Shown piece by piece: positions 1 through 12,487 of a stretch of DNA of 64,000 nt. The notes below the pieces were generated by a model. The model did not search any database. It was given only the letters and a program-made list of their open reading frames with translations, and was not told where the DNA came from. The translations under genes and the position numbers were made by a program. Source of the DNA: Selaginella moellendorffii (lineage: Eukaryota; Plantae; Lycopodiophyta); the NCBI RefSeq assembly GCF_000143415.4, contig NW_003314321.1:692236-756235 (forward strand), read 5' to 3'. Each line of letters starts with the position of its first letter. Position 1 is the first letter of the stretch.

Positions 1-375
1 CCTCTCGCCCCCCACTTCCATCCCGAAGGAAGGCCCAAGCCCCTAGGAAGGGCGAGGACCAATGAGCCGCATGGTACTCAAGTGGGACACCACTCCACAT
101 GAGCCGGGAGCACCGCAATCGGTTTCCCTTTCGGGAGTGGGAGCTGCTCTTGAGCACTTCCTTGGATGGCCCCTCTGGCACCAACCAAGTCCATGCTCAC
201 TCCCACCCAAGGCCCCTCGGTCCCAGTCCCAACCTCAAGTCAGTTTGGGAGCCCCACTGGAGAGTCCCTTCTAAACTGGTTCCTGGACTCCCCTGGACTC
301 AAACGGCAGACTCAAAACTTAACCGTTTGGAAAAGGGGGTGCACTCTTGTTCATGGGCCCTTTCCCTCTATATTT

Positions 376-611
376 GAAGTCCCAACCTCAAGTCAGTTTG
401 GGAGCCCCACTAGAGAGTCCCTTCTAAACTGGTTCCTGGACTCCTTTCCCTCTATATTTGAAGTCCCAACCTCAAGTCAGTTTGGGAGCCCCACTAGAGA
501 GTCCCTTCTAAACTGGTTCCTGGACTCCTTTCCCTCTATATTTGAAGTCCCAACCTCAAGTCAGTTTGGGAGCCCCACTAGAGAGTCCCTTCTAAACTGG
601 TTCCTGGACTC
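376..611. repeat. 84-bp tandem repeat (about 3 copies, plus a related copy at about 226-290) within an LTR-like sequence
   Basis: The unit gaagtcccaacctcaagtc...ccctctatattt starts at 376, 460 and 544. Confidence 0.9.
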
Positions 612-743
612 CTCTAGACTCAAACGGCAGACTCAAAACTTAACCGTTTGGAAAAGGGGGTGCACTCTTGTTCATGGGCCCTTTCCCTCTATATTTGAAC
701 CCTAACGGATCGTCTCTCGAGTCGTTCCCTTTGGTTGCTTACA

Positions 744-1539
744 ATCCACCACGCTTCTCTGCAAGTTCACGCCCTCGTGAACGGAAGCTGAGAGCCACAA
801 CTCTCCTGAGAGCCTCGCTCTCTTGACACCCTACCCCTCGGGTCGAGCCCAGCAGGAGCAAACTGGACCAGCCAGATGTCAATCAACATGTGGTGTTTCC
901 CCTAGCTAACCAACAGAGTCGGACTCGAGACCCCTCTGATACCAAATGTAAGCTCCTGAATTTAGACTTCCCGGGAGGTCACCCAACCCAGTACTATTCA
1001 CACTCAAGGACGCTTAACCCCAAATATCCCAAGACCCTTAACCAATTGGAAAAGGGGGTGCACTCTTGTTCATAGGCCCTTTCCCTCTATATTTTAACCC
1101 CATTGATCGTCTCTCAGGTCGTTCCCTTTGGTTGCTTACAATCCACCACGCTTCCCTGCAAGTTCACGCCCTCGTGAACAGAAGCTGAGAGCCACAGCTC
1201 TCCCGAGAGCCCCGCTCTCTTGACACCCTACCCCTCAGGTCGAGCCTAGTGAGAGCAAACTGGACCAGCCAGATGTCAATCAACATGTGGTGTGATTCCC
1301 CTAGCCAACCAACAGAGTTGGACCCGAAACCCCTTTGATACCAAATTTAAGCTCCTGAGTTTGGACTTCCCGAGAGGTCACCCAGCCCAGTACTATTCAC
1401 ACTCAAGAACACTTAACCCCAAATATCCCAAGACCCTTAACCAATTGGAAAAGGGGGTGCACTTTTGTTCATAGGCCCTTTCCCTCTATATTTTAACCCT
1501 ATGGATCGTCTCTCAGGTCGTTCCCTTTGGTTGCTTACA
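744..1539 (-). mobile_element. Cassandra-type TRIM tandem array: LTR 1346-1539, internal 1141-1345, LTR 947-1140, internal 744-946, then a third variant LTR ending at 743
   Basis: Two 194-bp LTRs bounded by TGTAAGC...GCTTACA (the 1346 copy starts TTTAAGC). Met-tRNA PBS (reverse complement TGGTATCAGAG) at 934-944 and a variant at 1333-1343. Non-coding internal regions of about 205 bp. 5S rRNA-like segment in each LTR. Confidence 0.9.
965..1018 (-). promoter_or_regulatory. 5S rRNA-derived internal control region (A-box/IE/C-box) in the Cassandra LTR; second copy at 1364-1417
   Basis: Minus strand reads GTTAAGCGTCCTTGAGTGTGAATAGTACTGGGTTGGGTGACCTCCCGGGAAGTC. By eye this matches about 46 of 54 nt of the 3' half of plant 5S rRNA as recalled (GTTAAGCGTGCTTGGGCGAGAGTAGTACTAGGATGGGTGACCTCCYGGGAAGTC). 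Confidence 0.9.
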
Positions 1540-1828
1540 GGATTGTGATGCAAGTGGTCTTAGACTATCAATATGATAAAGGTGAATGGGCATGGCTTGA
1601 GCAAAATAAGTTGATATGTCAATGGTATCTTTGGGTGTCAGTAATGGGATCAGACATGTGGAGCACTTGGACCAAGTGCAAAGGTTGTGTGGCATAAATG
1701 CCATTCACAGGGCTAGCATGTCCCCAAGTTAGGAATAAAATTTATGGAGTGAGTGAGTGAGACTTCTCTAAATGGTGAAAGGTATAGTTAAATGACTAAA
1801 GTAAAATAAAAATATTTAATCATTTATA
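1540..1828 (-). mobile_element. LTR fragment of the same family as the solo LTR at 36549-38700
   Basis: The reverse complement aligns with 36549-36835; both give the translation NLCTWSKCSTC.IPL.TP..TIDI. Confidence 0.75.
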
Positions 1829-2374
1829 GTGGTGTTTAGGTTCATCTCTAAAGCAGCTTAGCCATATGAAGAGGAGGCAATAGCATTAGATAAACATAAA
1901 AGTGCATGCTTAAAATGCTTGTGTCGCCTATTGTTGCAACACAAGCACTCCTCTCAATAATTGATAGGCAAGCAATGTATGCTAGCTCTAGGAACAATAT
2001 CTCATCTAGATTAGAGGGATATCATCTGGATTATGTGTGAATTAGTATTATTTATTAAGATAATTAATCAATAATTATAAATGTGTTTATATAGAAGGCA
2101 GAGTAAACTAGAAAATACTAGGAAATGTTTCTGATAATTATAAGATTAATATAAATAAATAATAACCATTATATCCAAATGTATTCTAGGTCTTCTACAA
2201 GTTTTCTAAAATTTATAGGCACAGTGTAATTCTCTTCTTAGTCAGATTGTTGGAATGTTGAGGGAAGAGCTCATGAGACTAATAGGTGAAACACAAGACA
2301 TTCAGAAAGAAAGATGATAATGAATTTTAATTTAAGTTTAGGGTTGTAGAGTTCTTGGATGTAGTTTGTAGTAA

Positions 2375-2730
2375 TAGATGGCAATTGGATCTGGCTGTGA
2401 GAGTGGCATCTGGCAGCAATGGCAATGGCTGTGTTGGATTTGGCAGTAATAGATTTGGTAGTAGCTATGGCTGCAGCAATAAATCTAGACATGGCTGTTG
2501 CAGCAATGGATCTAACAGTGGTCATAGTGGTAGCAATGGATCTAGCAACAACATTGGCAAGGGCTTCAACCATGGCAGCAACAATGGATCTATGGCAGGG
2601 GTACTATCAAGGGATTTGGCTGTGGTGGTGACCTGTGTGTCAGTAGTGATAGATATAATTATAGTTGTGGCAAAGGCATTGGTAATGGCCTTGTTGGTGG
2701 TGATAGATTCAACTGCAACCATGGCAAAGG
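2375..2730. repeat. Low-complexity degenerate repeat (gcagcaatggatcta-like units)
   Basis: Recurring gcaatggatct/gcaatggc motifs. ORFs in several frames have only low-complexity content. Confidence 0.5.
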
Positions 2731-3001
2731 TGTTGGTAAGGGATGGTAGGGCTGCTGGCAAGAGATTCGGCTGTGGTAGTAGCACTATTTATGGTTTTGG
2801 CCCCGAGCTTATAGAGAGCTCAATTAATCAACATAGAATTTGATTAAAAAAAAATTAACAAAAATTTCATTATGCAATTCTAAATTGAATTCTTCAAAAA
2901 TCTTGAATTTTAAGTGGAATAAAGTAGCATGAATTTTACTTTGACAAACTATAATTTATAATTGAACTTTTGATGAAATTTCTCTGATCAATTTATATGA
3001 T

Positions 3002-3400
3002 TTGCTAGGAGACATTGTGAGTGATTGGGTTCCCAAGTTCACGTCCAAGTTTTGGCAAATGGTCTTTGAGAAGTTAAAGACTAAGTTGAGCATGAGTAGT
3101 GGTGAGCATCTACAATTGAATGGGCAAACAAAGCATATAAATCAGCTATTAAAAGATATGTTGAAGTTTTTTGTGGGAAATTTGACTTGACAGAGAGTAT
3201 GGAAGAAGTACTTGCCTTTGCTTCAATTTACTCATAATAACACTCATCAATAGACTATTGGCATGTCTCTCTTTATAACAATGTATGGGTATGAGCCTAG
3301 GTCTTTTGTGAGTTTGAATTTGGCTTTGGTTTGGGTACCTCATGCTTGTGATTTCCTAAAGGATATATAAGATAAGCATGAATTGGCAAAGTTGAATATT
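3002..3400 (+). mobile_element. Ty3/Gypsy integrase remnant (pseudogene)
   Basis: DIVSDWVPKFTSKFW...KLSMSSGEHLQLNGQTKHINQLLKDML resembles the rve core IVSDRDPRFTSKFW...HPQTDGQTE. Stops follow. Confidence 0.8.
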
Positions 3401-3419
3401 AAACACCATCAATATCCAC

Positions 3420-3720
3420 AACACAAAGCTCTTCTCTAGCAAGGCAAATCTCCCACACTTGATATACATGTTATGTGCTGCAATCCTGACCCAAGATGCC
3501 TATTTGCCAGCCTCTCTCAACCACATAGCAATGGAGGAGCTCGTGTTTGTCCAAGTCTATGACTCCAAAGCAAGCTTCCAAAACACTCAGCACTACCACC
3601 TTGTGGAAGTGGACACCTTCCAGTGCCATCCTATGGAAGCTCTCAATCAGTCTCCAGTTTGAGCTGTTTGCACAAAATCAAGTGAGCACTCCAGCTTGTC
3701 CTTCCATAGTGGAGATCATT
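3420..3720 (-). pseudogene. PPR gene fragment
   Basis: Minus-strand translation ESFHRMALEGVHFHKVVVLSVLEAC...LLHCYVVERG...NMYIKCG, with disruptions. Confidence 0.55.
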
Positions 3721-3959
3721 GTGATGTAACTTGGTTTGGAGGCTTTAGATGAGTAAGAAGTACCACTACAAAAAATGCAGTAATACATTTGTGAAGGGAT
3801 GTGGGTAGGATCCAGCTTGTGGTCTAGCAAGCCAATGCAGTAAGCTCCATCAAGCTTGCAATTGGATGATCTCCTCCTCCAAGCAGCAATTGGTGATTCC
3901 AGCGCTCTCGCATCAATTCTTCAGAGCTGAAGCAATCTAGAGCAGTGCAAGAGTATCCA

Positions 3960-4620
3960 CACATGGATGATTGACAATGGAGGGAACCTTCTTTGGCAAT
4001 CCCTTGGTCCAGAATTTTTGGGAGTTGGCAGCATTGACCACACACAAGCCAAATCCACGACCAGAATTTCTTCTCGTGGAAAATCTTGCTCATGGCATAT
4101 GTCCAGAACAGGCAAATGATCCTCACGATGAGCTGCTTGGATTGATGCCTGCCTACAACACTGTTGTATGGACGACTATAATGAGTGGCTATGGAAAGGG
4201 CAGCCCTGGTAAAATATGGAGTGGCATTTTGGAACATGATGATATACGGTGAATGGCCACAGCAAGAGAGCTAGACTCATGCTCCTGGATGGAATCCACC
4301 CAAACAAATCCACTCTCATGAATTGAGGAAGCTTTGCCAGTGTTTGATCGAAGAAACCAAGCTCCAATGTGATGAGCTTCGCTTCAAGGGTGATCTGGAG
4401 AGGCAAGATCTTTGAGAGGATCTGGACTGACAAGACTCTCATCACTGGAAACACCATGCTCTGGGCTTACATGTGAAATGACTGCTTGGTGGAAGCCTGC
4501 AAGTTCTTCAAGGGAATGGCTTGCTGGGATGTTGTCTTCTTCTCTTGAGCTTTGAGGCTGCTCAAGCAGATGGACTTGGAAGGCAAAGGTTGTGTAGTTT
4601 GGTTTGCAGATATTCTTGTT
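3960..4620 (+). pseudogene. PPR gene fragment
   Basis: FFGNPLVQ...LMPAYNTVVWTTIMSGYGK and later PPR-like pieces, broken by frameshifts and stops. Confidence 0.5.
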
Positions 4621-6986
4621 TGAACATGGTTATGTTTATTATGATTTAAAGGTAGAGTTATTTCTCTTTCCTTTTCTTTTCTTTTCTTTGAAATACATGA
4701 CACTAGTGTTTGTTAGGGAATATTTTGGAAAAGAGGTAATTATTTAATGATAGAGTTTATAGTGGTTATTTTATCCCTATTTATCTCTCAAGGTTTTAAA
4801 GATTTATAATGACAAATCTCATCCCATGATGCTTTTAATTATTTCCTTTACATTATTATCCCTTTAGTTCCTTTTAAATTGCTCATTTTAGTTTGGTTAT
4901 GATTAATTGATCATGAGCTAATTTTTTTCTTTTTTTCTTTTCTGCATCAGTTTAAATCAATAAACTCTTTATCTTTGAGCATTCTAGACCTTGCAACCTC
5001 AATTGATCATTAAGATCCTTTAGAAAAAACTTCTATTCTAGTGGATGAAAGTACTAATGGAAGAGACAGTAACTTTTTAAACCACTTGAATCATTGCCTT
5101 TTACATGTTTAGCTGTGAGCAATAAGAAGCAAGGGATTAAGCTGAGCATTTAAGATTTTGTTATTTTACTGTTCTAAATAAAATGTAAGCTTAAGCTTTT
5201 ATGGAATAAACTTGTCTGAATTTTAAAGTATAATAATCTAGACATATAAATGCTTCAGAATCCTAAGAGAGGTTGATATCTATGTTTATTGAAGCTAATT
5301 ATCCATATTAATTATAAAAATATTAGATTTGACTATTAATAAAATATACTATTTTAAATATAAACTTTCTCCAAAGTATATTCTGAAATCTAGCTTATTA
5401 AGTAACTCCAGTCAACTTTAAAGCCGGATACTACTTTATTGCATAGTCCAACTTTGACCACTATAGACATAGAACCTGGGCTAGTGGCTTGGGAGAAGCC
5501 AGTTGAAGGAGTTTCAATTTCTTGAGCTTAAAAAGACATTGAAATTTCCTCAACACCCGTTTGTGAAGGTAGGATTTCACAATGGGTATGGTTTCAGTCT
5601 TGACAAACACAAGGTGCTACATCCTTGTCAAAGAATATATAAATAAATAGTTTGGTATTAGATATCATGTTGGGATCTTATGTTTGTCATTAGGCACCTC
5701 AGATTTAGAACAATGCACACGTATATGCACATATTTGATGGCAAGCTTTTACTCACTTCTGCGCTGGCACTATCCATCAATTCAGCAGCTCGGAATTTGC
5801 TCTCAACACATAAAAGAGGTCGTTGGACACAAATTTTGTTATCGCTCACGGATTGCCTCGCCAAGCAAGCTAGCAGATGCTGTCTTCACAAAGCATTGCC
5901 AATGCAAGGTATTCGGTATGCAAGGTATTTTTGTTTCTGGAAAGGCCGGAAATGAGAGCAATCGATAAAAGGAGATTCATTGTTGAATGTCGCGAACTAG
6001 AAACATTTACAACATGTCTAGAACTCTTCCTTGAGAAGAACTTCGGCAATGCAGCCAAGGAACAGCTTTTCACGCATAAGAAACAGGGTGGCAAGAAAAC
6101 ACTAGTTCGTAGATTCAATTCCAAAAGAAAGAGCACATACGTCTTATGAAAATTGAAAGAAGTGTATACTAGTACCTCGTCCTTGGCAAGCTTCTCCGTG
6201 TTGTGTACATAGCCGACGATACTTTTTCACTTGAATGATCTAGAGACTCTAGAAATCGATCGATCGTCGTGCATGAGATTTTTTTTATTGTTTCTCCCTG
6301 TGGTGCTGGAGTACAGTGAGAATCCAGCATCGCGTCTTGTGAAGATGCCCGACGTATGTGCGGCAACTGCAGGGCATCGATTTCAACACTATAAACTTTT
6401 CTAAAGTGAGAAGGACCCCTTTGGGTGACTTCATGCTGAGACGTGCTTGGCGGGTGTTTTCATTTCTTTCCTTTTTCTTCATTTTCAAGTTCTTGGTAGC
6501 TCAGATCAATGCTGGTTTTCTGAAATATTTCCCTTGAATTTATTTTCTCGCTTTTCTTTTCGGAGTTTTAAACGCACACATTTTGTTTTGTTGTGTGCGG
6601 TCGCTGGGTGATTGCGAGCGAGCAACGGAAGCAAGAATACGCTTGTGCTAGAAAGCAATGGACAGATCCAACAGCGATGGCTCTCGAGTTGTTGGAGGCT
6701 GGAAAGCGACGCCATGCCCGCCGGGACTGGGCGCCTTTAGATCCAATCCAGCCATGGAAGACGAAGAACTAGTCGCGTAAAGCTACGTTCTAGAAAAACT
6801 AGAAAAGCTAAACACTCGTTCGTCTTGACAGGCTACTTAATCGACCATAGTAATGGAGGTTAGACACAAAATAGTGTCTGTGAGAGTGACTAGCGAAGAA
6901 AAAAAGAGAGGTGGTGATAGCTTGGACCAGAGAGTGAGAGGCACAAACAAAGACAAAGCGGTGGTTTATTAGTGAAAGTGAACAGT

Positions 6987-7065
6987 TGTGACAAAAGCTA
7001 TGGTTTTATTACCTTGAGAGAGTGAAAAGAATGTGTGACAAGAGCTATGGTTTTATTACCTTGAG
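6987..7065. repeat. Near-perfect 32-bp direct repeat upstream of CesA
   Basis: tgtgacaa(a/g)agctatggttttattaccttgag occurs twice. Confidence 0.7.
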
Positions 7066-7351
7066 GATGGAGTGGGGGAGTTACCGGGGTATAGTTAGTG
7101 GAGTGTTGTAATCGTTTGTAATCGTAGGGTATCGTCGGTGATGGGTCGTGAGGCCGGCCGGGCCCCCCGGTTGGTGCCCGCACATCGTCTCCTCCTCCTC
7201 TTCTTTTTCAAACCCCTCCTCCTCCTCTTCTCTCTCGCGGAATCGCGCCTCCTCTGCCTCCTCCTCCTCCTCTTGGATGATCATGGCGCCGGCTTGGTAG
7301 AGCGGCAGGGGTTCTTGATTCTTGGATCGAGCGGCGGCGGCGGCGGCGGCG

Positions 7352-10300
7352 ATGGAGGCAAATGCAGGTCTCATTGCTGGATCTCACCAGATGAATCAGC
7401 TGGTGGTCATCCCGGGCGACGGGGTAATCCTTCCAATCCCTTTCTTGCGCGAGAGTTTGCTCTGGAATCGCGATATTTCGCTCGAATTCCCCGGCTGCTA
7501 GCTTGCTACCGCGGTGTTTTGCCTGCATCGCGATGCTGGATCTCGCGCGATCCCTTCGATTGCTCGAATTGGTCGTGCATTGGCTGCGATTGGATCGTTC
7601 TTGGCTTCCTTGTTTTGAAATATTTGGGCTGAGGTTTTGGGGATTTTGGCGATTTCTTACGTGAGGGAGGGGGAATTTGGTGCTCGCAGGTGAAGCCGCT
7701 CAACAGCGTCAACAGCGAGATGTGCCAGATTTGTGGCGACGAGGTGGGCGTGAGCGAGAATGGCGATTTGTTCGTCGCCTGCAACGAATGTGGCTTCCCG
7801 GTCTGCCGTCCTTGCTACGAGTACGAGCGCAAAGATGGCAACCAGTCGTGCCCCCAGTGCAAATCACGCTACAAGCGCCAGAAAGGTACTTTGATCTTCT
7901 TTCTCTGCTTGTTTCTTAGGAGCAATGCCACTAGCTCGTGAATTCTCGTTCTTGGTCAGTCTTTAACATTGATCACAACTCTTCGGACAACTTCTTTCTA
8001 CCCACAGAATTTGTGTCTAGTTTTTCTTTCTTTGACCTCGTTTTGTATCGAACCTTCCATAACTCGTGTGGATACAGGGAGTCCGAGAGTGGAGGGTGAC
8101 GAGGAAGAAGACGACGTCGACGACTTGGACAATGAATTTAAGGCGCTTCCTCAGCAGCAAACGACCGAGGAAATGCTCCAGGGGCACATGAGCTATGGAC
8201 GTGGGGACGAGGAGAATGTTCACGTTGTTACACCGGGACTTCCTCTTCTCACCAATGGTCAAGAGGTACTTGTAGGGACATATCAACCATAACAAATGTA
8301 TTGATCAATGATTGCTTGATTGTATCCTCAGGGTGTGGATCCGAATGAGATACCCCCAGAACACCATGCACTGGTCATTCCAAGCCATAAACGTGTTCAT
8401 CCTATGTCGGATGACTTCTCAGGTGATCATTCTCTGTCCAGTGACTGATGTTATATCATTCTAAGCATTGTCTATTTCCTTTTCTAGTGAGGTCTATGGA
8501 CCCGACGAAGGATCCGTCTGCCTACGGCTATGGAAGTGTGGCTTGGAAGGAGCGACTCGAAAGCTGGAGACACAAGCAGGAGAAAATGTCGATCATGATG
8601 ACTGAAGGTGCTCAGCATTTCTCCGACGGTAAAGGTGGCGGTGACTACGGGGCTGACGGTCCAGATGCGCCACTGTAAGCTTTTAAATTCTTTCTTCTGA
8701 ACACTTTACCGACTGACTGATCTTACACTCTCAGGACGGATGAATCGCGTCAGCCATTGTCGAGGAAGATTCCAATTGCTTCCAGCAAGATCAATCCTTA
8801 TCGAATGATTATCATCATCCGACTGGCTGTTCTGGGAATTTTCTTGCGCTATCGAATCCTCAACCCCGTTAAGAACGCCTACGGACTTTGGCTCACCTCG
8901 GTTATTTGCGAAATTTGGTTTGCCTTCTCTTGGATCCTGGATCAGTTCCCAAAGTGGTTTCCGATCAATCGTGAAACTTATTTGGATCGACTCTCTCTGA
9001 GGTACATATATTCCTTCTGTCTTGCCCTCTTTTTCTCATGACATACTGTCAGATACGAGAGAGATGGCGAGTCCCAGCTATCTTCAGTGGATATCTACGT
9101 GAGTACCGTGGATCCTCTGAAGGAGCCGCCGCTGGTTACAGCCAACACGGTGCTCTCCATTCTCGCAGTCGACTATCCCGTAGACAAAGTGTCATGCTAC
9201 GTGTCTGACGATGGTGCAGCCATGTTGACATTCGAGGCACTGGCAGAAACATCCGAGTTTGCACGTAAATGGGTGCCGTTTTGCAAGAAGTTCAGCATCG
9301 AGCCTCGAGCTCCAGAGATGTACTTTGCTCAGAAGATCGACTACCTTAAAGACAAAGTCCAGCCGACATTTGTGAAAGATCGTCGTGCGATGAAGGTGCG
9401 AATGAAGTTCCTTTTCAACTCTTCATTGACGTCATGAAAACTTTGCAGAGAGAGTACGAAGAATTCAAAGTGCGGATCAATGCTCTTGTCGCCAAGGCAC
9501 ATAAGATGCCTGAAGAAGGTTGGACAATGCAGGATGGAACACCCTGGCCAGGGAACAACACGAGAGATCATCCAGGAATGATCCAGGTTTGTTTCGATTT
9601 TCTGAAAGTCCAGTTTATTATAATTTGGAACACGCAGGTCTTCCTCGGCCACAGTGGAGGACATGACACAGATGGTAACGAGCTGCCTCGTTTAGTATAC
9701 GTCTCAAGAGAGAAACGACCTGGCTTCAATCACCACAAGAAGGCCGGTGCAATGAACTCATTGGTAAGTTGCTGTAGAATCTTCTTTTTACATTACCATT
9801 GGCTTGATCCCAGGTGCGAGTCTCGGCTGTTCTTACAAATGCTCCATTCTTGTTGAATCTGGATTGTGATCACTACATCAATAACAGCAAGGCCTTGCGG
9901 GAAGCAATGTGCTTCATGATGGATCCTCTGGTTGGGAAGCGTGTGTGCTACGTCCAATTCCCTCAGAGGTTCGATGGCATTGATATTCATGATCGATATG
10001 CCAACAGAAACACTGTCTTCTTTGATGTAAGCAACTTCTTACTTTTTCACAGTCTTTCTTTTGATTGAACAAGTTCGTTTTTTGGCTTCCAGATCAACTT
10101 GAGAGGCTTGGATGGTGTTCAAGGCCCCGTGTACGTCGGTACAGGATGTGTGTTCCGCAGGCAGGCCTTATATGGATATGACCCACCGATGAAGAACAAC
10201 TCGTCCAAGAAGAGCTCGTGTTGCTGTGGACCTCGTAAGAAGTCCAAGGCCTCCAAGACCAAGAGAATGGACTCGGACAAAAAGAAGCTCAACAGGACCG

Positions 10301-11673
10301 AGTCCAACGTCTCAGCCTTCAGTTTGGAAGGCATTGAAGAAGGCTTGGAAGGTAATAACGGCTGTCGAAAGCACTCGACTTACTTACCATCTTCTTACGC
10401 AGGATATGAAAACGAGAAGTCGGCCATCATGTCCCAGAAGAGCTTCGAGAAGAGATTTGGCCAGTCGTCCGTGTTCATTGCTTCAACACTGGCTGAAAAT
10501 GGTGGCGTTCCAGAGGCTGCTTCTCCAGCAGCACTGCTAAAAGAAGCAATCCATGTCATTAGTTGCGGCTACGAGGACAAGACCGATTGGGGAAAAGAGG
10601 TATAGTGGTTATACTTGAATTCAACCGAGAACTTATCTTGGTCGCTTCGTCTTGTTTCTCTCTCAGATTGGATGGATCTATGGTTCAGTCACGGAAGATA
10701 TCTTGACAGGGTTTAAGATGCATGCCCGCGGGTGGCGGTCAATCTACTGCATGCCTCCTCGAGCAGCATTCAAGGGATCAGCTCCAATCAACCTGTCAGA
10801 TCGTCTCAACCAGGTGCTGCGGTGGGCTCTGGGATCCGTGGAGATTATGCTTAGCAGGCATTGCCCGATATGGTATGGCTATGGCGGCGGCCTCAAGTTT
10901 CTGGAACGAGTAGCGTACATCAACACCATCGTCTATCCCCTCACCTCCATTCCGCTGCTCGCGTACTGTACTCTCCCCGCCGTGTGCTTGCTGACCAACA
11001 AGTTCATCATCCCAGAGGTAAGAAGAAGAAGCATTGTTGTCAATCACAAAACTCTTGTTTCTAACTTGGTTGTCCTTGTTGCTGGCTCCAGATCAGTAAC
11101 TTCGCGAGTCTCTTCTTCATCTCGCTCTTCATCTCCATCTTCGCGACGGGTATCCTGGAGATGCGGTGGAGCGGCGTCGGGATCGATGAGTGGTGGAGGA
11201 ACGAGCAGTTCTGGGTCATTGGTGGCGTCTCTGCGCACTTGTTCGCAGTCTTCCAGGGTCTCCTCAAGGTGCTGGCCGGTATCGACACGAACTTCACGGT
11301 CACATCCAAGACCTCGGACGACGAAGAATTCGGCGAGCTCTACGCGTTCAAGTGGACGACGCTGCTCATCCCTCCCACCACTCTGCTCGTCATCAACATG
11401 ATCGGAGTGGTGGCCGGGATCTCCGACGCCATCAACAACGGATACCAGTCGTGGGGGCCGCTGTTTGGGAAGATCTTCTTCGCCTTCTGGGTGATCGTCC
11501 ACTTGTATCCCTTCCTCAAGGGGCTCATGGGACGGCAAAACAGGACGCCCACCATTGTCGTCGTGTGGTCGGTTCTCCTCGCCTCCATCTTCTCGCTGCT
11601 GTGGGTCAGGATCGATCCATTCCTTCCAAAGACCAAGGGGCCAAACCTTCAGCAATGCGGTATCAACTGCTAG
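7352..11673 (+). CDS. CESA: Cellulose synthase catalytic subunit (multi-exon)
   Basis: Exon 1 is [24 protein letters not shown] (7352-7423). RING-type zinc finger CQICGD...[27 protein letters not shown]. Catalytic DDG, DCDH, TED and QVLRW motifs. C-terminus ...QCGINC. GT-AG introns. Confidence 0.97.
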
Positions 11674-12487
11674 GTGGGAGCTACTCTCTTTTTTCTCGCT
11701 CTCTTTCTCCTTGTGCTTCTCTCGCTCTATCACCGAAGTGGGAAAAGGTGGTACAAGGTTTGTGGTGGTTTTTTTGTGTAGATTTTCTGTAAACACGAAC
11801 GAAGGTTTATAGTCTTTTTATTAGGAATAAATATATTTTGATACTCTCTCTTTCTCTCTCTAAAAAATGAGATGCTTTGGATATTCCTTGCTTTAAAGCA
11901 CAACAAGCACGAGCTAGATGGTCGCGACTCGTGTGTGTGTGTTCTTGGCTCATGTTCCATTGTGTCTGTTACCTCTTTGCTATTCTCTGTTATACCGAAT
12001 ATGTTAACAGGGTTATTGGAAATCTAGCATCTCGCGCTGGATATTTGTAGCGCTTGAAACATTCCAGGCGTGGTCGCAGCAGCCGTTCTTCCAACAAGAA
12101 TGAATCTTGCGTTGGAAAATTAAAGTGATCTAAATATTTCAGGCACGCTCTGGTAATGAAGTAGGCATCAATCGCTCACTGGAAGTTTGCTTCCAGGCTT
12201 ACTGGAGCTGCTGGAGATATGCAGGGCGCCATCACAGCAGTACATCCAAGCAGAACGGTAATGAAGTGGAAGTCACTTCCATCGCTTTACTTGTCGAAAT
12301 TTTCTTCCAGCCAGCTCATGCACTATGTCCACGCAGCGACCAGAGGCCTCTTGAGGCTAGCAGTCTAGCACTCTGGACTAGCCGTCATATTGCTTATGGC
12401 CAGTGCACCTCCTAAAGGATGGGGATGTTCTTATTGGTAAGTTTTTCCATTTCTGTGTGAAAGTGTCAACATTAGGCATCAGCTTTC

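Noticed and set aside
376-611. CRISPR-like array, or the 179-aa repeat protein ORF 166-705
   Set aside because: The repeats are contiguous with no unique spacers, the context is eukaryotic, and the ORF is a by-product of an 84-bp (3n) period.
965-1018. Bona fide 5S rRNA gene
   Set aside because: Only the 3' half is present, it is embedded in LTRs next to a PBS, and the 5' half is missing.
2271-2843. Gly/Ser/Asn-rich or Ala-rich protein
   Set aside because: Low-complexity repeat open in several frames within TE debris, with no gene structure.
5650-6760. Possible spliced minus-strand gene upstream of CesA
   Set aside because: A few splice-like sites but no recognisable product or consistent reading frame.
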